DNA of 64,000 bases, taken from contig NC_052163.1 of the NCBI RefSeq assembly GCF_902713615.1, forward strand, positions 37,210,248 to 37,274,247, given 5' to 3'. The stretch comes from Scyliorhinus canicula (lineage: Eukaryota). Made by a program: the position numbers and the translations under genes. The notes beneath the pieces are model-generated. The model was not told where the DNA came from, did not search any database, and was given only the letters and a program-made list of their open reading frames with translations. Of this stretch, positions 59,901 to 64,000 are shown one piece after another (the stretch's first letter is position 1; each line of letters begins with the position of its first letter).

Positions 59901-61295
59901 ATTGTAGAAGCTGTGCGACATTGGAGGCATTACCTGGCTGGCAGGCGATTCACTCTCCTCACTGACCAATGGTCGGTTGCCTTCATGTTTAACAATACAC
60001 AGTGGGGCAAGATCAAGAACGACAAGATTCTGAGGTGGAGGATTGAACTCTCCACCTCCAACTACGAGATCTTGTACCGACCTGGGAAGCTCAATGAGCC
60101 CCCAGGTGCCCTATCCCGCGGTACATGTGCCAGCGCACAAGTAGACCGACTTCGGCCCCTCCACAATGACCTCTGTCACCCGGGGTCACTCGGTTCTTCC
60201 ACTTTATCAAGGCCCGCAACCTGCCCTACTCCATCGAGGAGGTCAGGACTGTGACCAGGGACTGCCAGGGCTGCGCAGAGTGCAAACCGCACTTCTATCG
60301 GCCAGACTCTGCTCTCCTCTCGCCCCTTTGAGCGCCTCAGCAGCAACATCAAAGGGCCCCTCCTCTCCACTGACCGTAACGTGTACTTCCTCAACATTGT
60401 TGACGAATACTCAAGATTCCCCTTTGCCATCCCATGCCCTGACATGACCTCTGCCACCACCATCAATGCCCTGCACAGTCTCTTCACCTTGTTCGGTTTC
60501 CCCACCTACATCCATAGCGATCGGGGTTCCTCCTTCATGTGCGACGAGTTGGGTCAGTTCCTGCTTAGCAAGGGCATCGCCTCCAGCAGGACAACCAGCT
60601 ACAACCCCCGGGGCAACGGACAGGTGGAGAGGGAGAACGCGACGGTCTAAAAGGCCTTCCTTCTTGCCCTGCGGTCTCGAAGTCTCCCGCTGGCAGTATG
60701 TCCTCCCCGATGCGCTCCACTCCATCCGGTCGCTCCTGTGCACTGCCACCAACAAGACCACTCACAAACGTATGTTTGCCTTCCCCAGGAAGTCCACCTC
60801 CAGGGTCTCACTCCCGTCCTAGCTGACAGTCCCAGAGCCCGTCCTCCTCCGGAAGCATGCGAGGAGTCATAAATCATATCCCCTCGTCCCGAAGGTCCTG
60901 CTCCTCCATGCCAATCCATAATATGCCTACGTGGCACATCAGAACGGGCAACAGACACAGTCTCCCCCCGGGATTTGGCACCTGCAGGTTCCCCAGCGAC
61001 CATCACCACCACCCCCGACCCTACACTGTCTCCCTCCACCACTACCCGGCTACTTCAAGATCTGGCACCCACAGGCCCACCGGCGACCATCACCACCACC
61101 CCCACCCACCACCACCACCCCCACCCACACACCGCCCACACACCGCCAACCCCCCCTCCACCGACCCAACGACTGGGTGAAGAAGAGGCCAACACGCTCC
61201 CTGATGCGCAGGTCTCGACACCGGTGCCCACACCACAGCCGGGACTGAGGCAATCACGGCGGAAGGTCAAGGCCCCCGACAGACTTTATCTTTAA
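56995..61295 (+). pseudogene. gag-pol of element C
   Basis: MNSSLKPDHL; CYFCGQGKHPRQRC/CNRCGSKGHFAITC; LFDSGS; YLDN; VEKEAQAI; VDEYSRF, HSDRG; ends RKVKAPDRLYL*. Confidence 0.9.
59446..59780 (+). mobile_element. tRNA-derived SINE inserted in the RNase H region of element C
   Basis: gggcagcacggtagcatag...ggttcgattcccggcttggg...aattctatgtt. Confidence 0.9.
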
Positions 61296-62670
61296 CTCCA
61301 CTCACCCCCGCTGGACTCTTTCTTTTAAAAGGGGGTGAATGTGGTAAACCACTGTATTGTATTATATTGTATTGTACTGTTGTATTGTTACATGCCTGGG
61401 CTTGTCCCGGCTGGCTCTGAACCTCTATAGTATATAATATGTGTATTGTTGTAAACTGCCACTGTATTATATATAATGTAGTAAACCACTGCCTGATGGC
61501 TCCGCCTACCCCCAGGCTCGGTATAAAGGTGGCTGGTCTCCGCCACTGATCCAGTTTGGATCAGAGGCCAAGAGGCTTTCTGTTTTATTTATTAAAGCCT
61601 CAGTTACGTTCACTACTCGTTTTGTGTTCATTGATGGAACATCACCACCCACAATGGGCGGGATTCAAACTGCCACATCTCGCAAGGTCCCGTTAGACCT
61701 TGTGAGGCGTGGTGAACCGGGTAAATCCCGGAGAGGCTTCTACCGGCAATACTGGCCGTGTCGTACCCCCGTTTGGGTGGCCGGTAGATCACCCATAGTG
61801 TCAAACTTAGATGTGATTCCATGATTGGCTAACACTTACTAAACAATTCGGATTATGCAAACAATTGGACTAATAACCAATTTAAGGTTATCAGTTGCAA
61901 TCACAGTGTGGATCACTTGTGCATGCTAGAATCTACATATAGTCACACATATGGCCCCTTACAAACAGAAAGGACATGGCCATGCTTTTCGACCCAATAA
62001 AAGCTTGGGAGGCAGCCATTCTCTTGTTCACTCTCCATCACAATGCCTCGCCCAATCAGTTTGAATTTAAACAAAAGCTTGGTGGTTAGCTATTCCCTGG
62101 TGCATTCCCTATCGCAACACCTCTAATGATCAGCGTTTACTTGTCAACCATACAGCACCTTCTTCTCATGCAGTATAAATTGTTTCCCTCTTTGAGGTTT
62201 TGTATTCTTGTGAATCTGTACTGACGAGTACATGGTCAAATGTTTTGACGGCACGTCTGTTTTTCAGCAGTACTCAAGTTCCAAGTTCTCAAGTTACGAA
62301 GCAATGTGATTCTTATTTGTAGATGGGATTGCTGGCAGTTTTAATGCTGCAGTCCACATATTGGACAGGGCCAGGTTCAGAGACGCAGAGCTGGCTACAT
62401 AATATAAATGGCCAAGTGCATGAAGGATTTTGCACTGGGTAGAATAAGGCTATTGAAGATGCATTAACTATTTGTGTGAGGTCGTTTAGCTTTCTGCAAT
62501 GCTGCAGACAGGTCCTCGGGACCAAACACCTGCAATTCCCCAGCAAGTTGCTTGCAAATTAAATGGTCAACATCTTCCAATCCCACAATATTACCCATTT
62601 CTTCTGAGATCTTCCAATCCCAAGTGAAGCTGAAATGGACAGCATAGGCACTCCAGAGAAGGTGCTGCAA

Positions 62671-63260
62671 TGATATGTATATATACGCCAGTCAAGAGTT
62701 AATTATTACATCTCAGTGTAATTCAAACACTAGAGGGCACCACCAGTTCCCAATATAAATATCAGAACTCAGGGAATCTTGGGTGATCAGTTAAGTGTTA
62801 GCAGAGGAGAAATATTGATCACAGCTCAGGGAATATGTTAGATTACAGAGACATAGCACAAAGACATCATTAGTTAATTCTCGATTATAGATTACTGTTT
62901 AACAGACTCTATCTTACTTTATTAATAGTTATAACTCTGTAGAGTGTGCAAACTCTTTAATTTAATTGTTATTCAATAAATCAGTTTTGCTTTAATCTAA
63001 AGATTGTTTGTTTCATTATCATCAACTCATCAGGCCTTCTGGATCACAAGACAAAGAATAACGACATATTACCACAAAGTGTAATATAACATGGTACCAG
63101 GGATGCCTACTGTAGCTAACTAGTATAGTTCAGTAAGAATCTAGTCCAGAAAAACTAAGAAGCTTGTGACTGCAGAACTTTGACAAATCCAGGACTGATG
63201 GACAAAGCTCAAGCTCCACGACAACTCCGGATCACCAGTAAATCTGATGTTAACTAGCGG
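62671..63260 (+). mobile_element. LTR (62671-63091) + PBS + gag start of a truncated Gypsy element
   Basis: TG..CA ends, TATAAA and AATAAA, PBS TGGTACCAGG at 63092, MDKAQAPRQLRIT at 63198. Confidence 0.6.
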
Positions 63261-63639
63261 GTGAGGACTTTGATGTCCGGCACCCCGCCACCCGCCTGGG
63301 CCCTCTCCCATTGGTTGTGGATCAACTTCTCCTGCGGGGACACTAGAGGGGGCATCATTAGCTGCATGCATGATTCATCACAAGGGAGGTACACAGGGTT
63401 GGTGGGGGCTTGGGGAGATGGGCTGCATGTGGGGGGTGGAGAGGATAGGTGGGGGATGGGGGAATGGAGGGAAGTATGGGAGAGGGGATGAGAAGAATTG
63501 GATGTGGGGAGTATGGGAGGGTATGGGAGGGACTACTGGTCATGGGTGGGCCGTGGTACGGTACAGTGCTGGGCGGGGCAGGGCCAGGCACATTCTCTTG
63601 GGTGGTGGGGGGGGGGGGGGGCGTTGGCGGTCTGGTGCA

Positions 63640-63880
63640 AACTCATCCGAGTGGCCCAGTGGAGGTCGTTGACCTTCTTGTGGCATTGGGTGCCAGTCCT
63701 CCTGGTCACACTCCCCGAGCTGATTGCCGCTGCCACTTGCCCCCCTCCCCCCCCAAAGTTGCTGTGGCTGCCCTGTTGCTGACCCTCCCAGATCGTCGGG
63801 GGAACAGGCCATCCCATCTGGCCTGTACCTCTTCCAGAAATCTTCCCAGGTCACCATCGCCGAATCATGGGGCTGGCTGT
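63640..63880 (-). pseudogene. Harbinger-type Myb/SANT ORF relic
   Basis: QPAP.FGDGDLGRFLEEV...QVAAAISSGSVTRRTGTQCHKKVNDLHWATR. Confidence 0.65.
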
Positions 63881-64000
63881 GCAGGATCAGTTTAAGTGCT
63901 GCTCTTCCTTGTTAGCGGGGGGGGCTGACAAGCAAGGACCCGGCAAATCAGCCAGTGGGACCATGATTTGCGTCAGGAAGCCCGTGGCACCTTGTTAAGT

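Larger units (their letters stand above)
56700..61644 (+). mobile_element. Gypsy LTR retrotransposon C (full-length, decayed)
   Basis: LTRs 56700-56971 and 61340-61644; 5-bp TSD CCACC (56695-56699, 61645-61649); PPT aaaagggggtgaa. Confidence 0.95.
56000..61794. mobile_element. Non-autonomous Harbinger-type element split by LTR element C (56000-56699 + 61650-61794)
   Basis: tta|gggcgtgatct ... agatcaccc termini; sequence continues across the LTR TSD. Confidence 0.6.

Noticed and set aside
46510-64000. SECTM1-like or other mammalian CD7 neighbour genes upstream
   Set aside because: No second Ig exon or recognisable host exon was found; the region is almost all TE-derived

Overview
Eukaryotic, repeat-rich vertebrate DNA; the tRNA-derived SINEs, CR1 LINEs and Penelope termini point to an elasmobranch, probably a catshark (inference). 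One host gene is well supported: a four-exon CD7-like immunoglobulin V-set receptor on the minus strand (CDS 46509-46443, 37769-37440, 27204-27062, 23332-23225). It has 215 aa, phase-consistent GT-AG junctions and a YEDM tail. The rest is mostly transposable elements. There are three decayed ~4.5-5 kb Gypsy LTR retrotransposons of one clade (10560-15220, 32499-36946, 56700-61644) and a 3-kb non-autonomous LTR element with a cargo ORF nested in a Penelope-like element. Also present are CR1, L1, Rex/Babar and Vingi-like LINE fragments, many SINEs and Harbinger-type relics/MITEs. The most striking unexplained signal is that all three Gypsy elements lack a tRNA PBS and instead carry a co-varying 14-15 nt complement of their own LTR poly(A)-signal region, plus a hairpin centred on the predicted TSS. 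A second signal is hammerhead ribozyme motifs with a compensatory U3-A8 core in the Penelope termini. Three N-gaps are present. Most TE boundaries are approximate and all alignments were done by eye.
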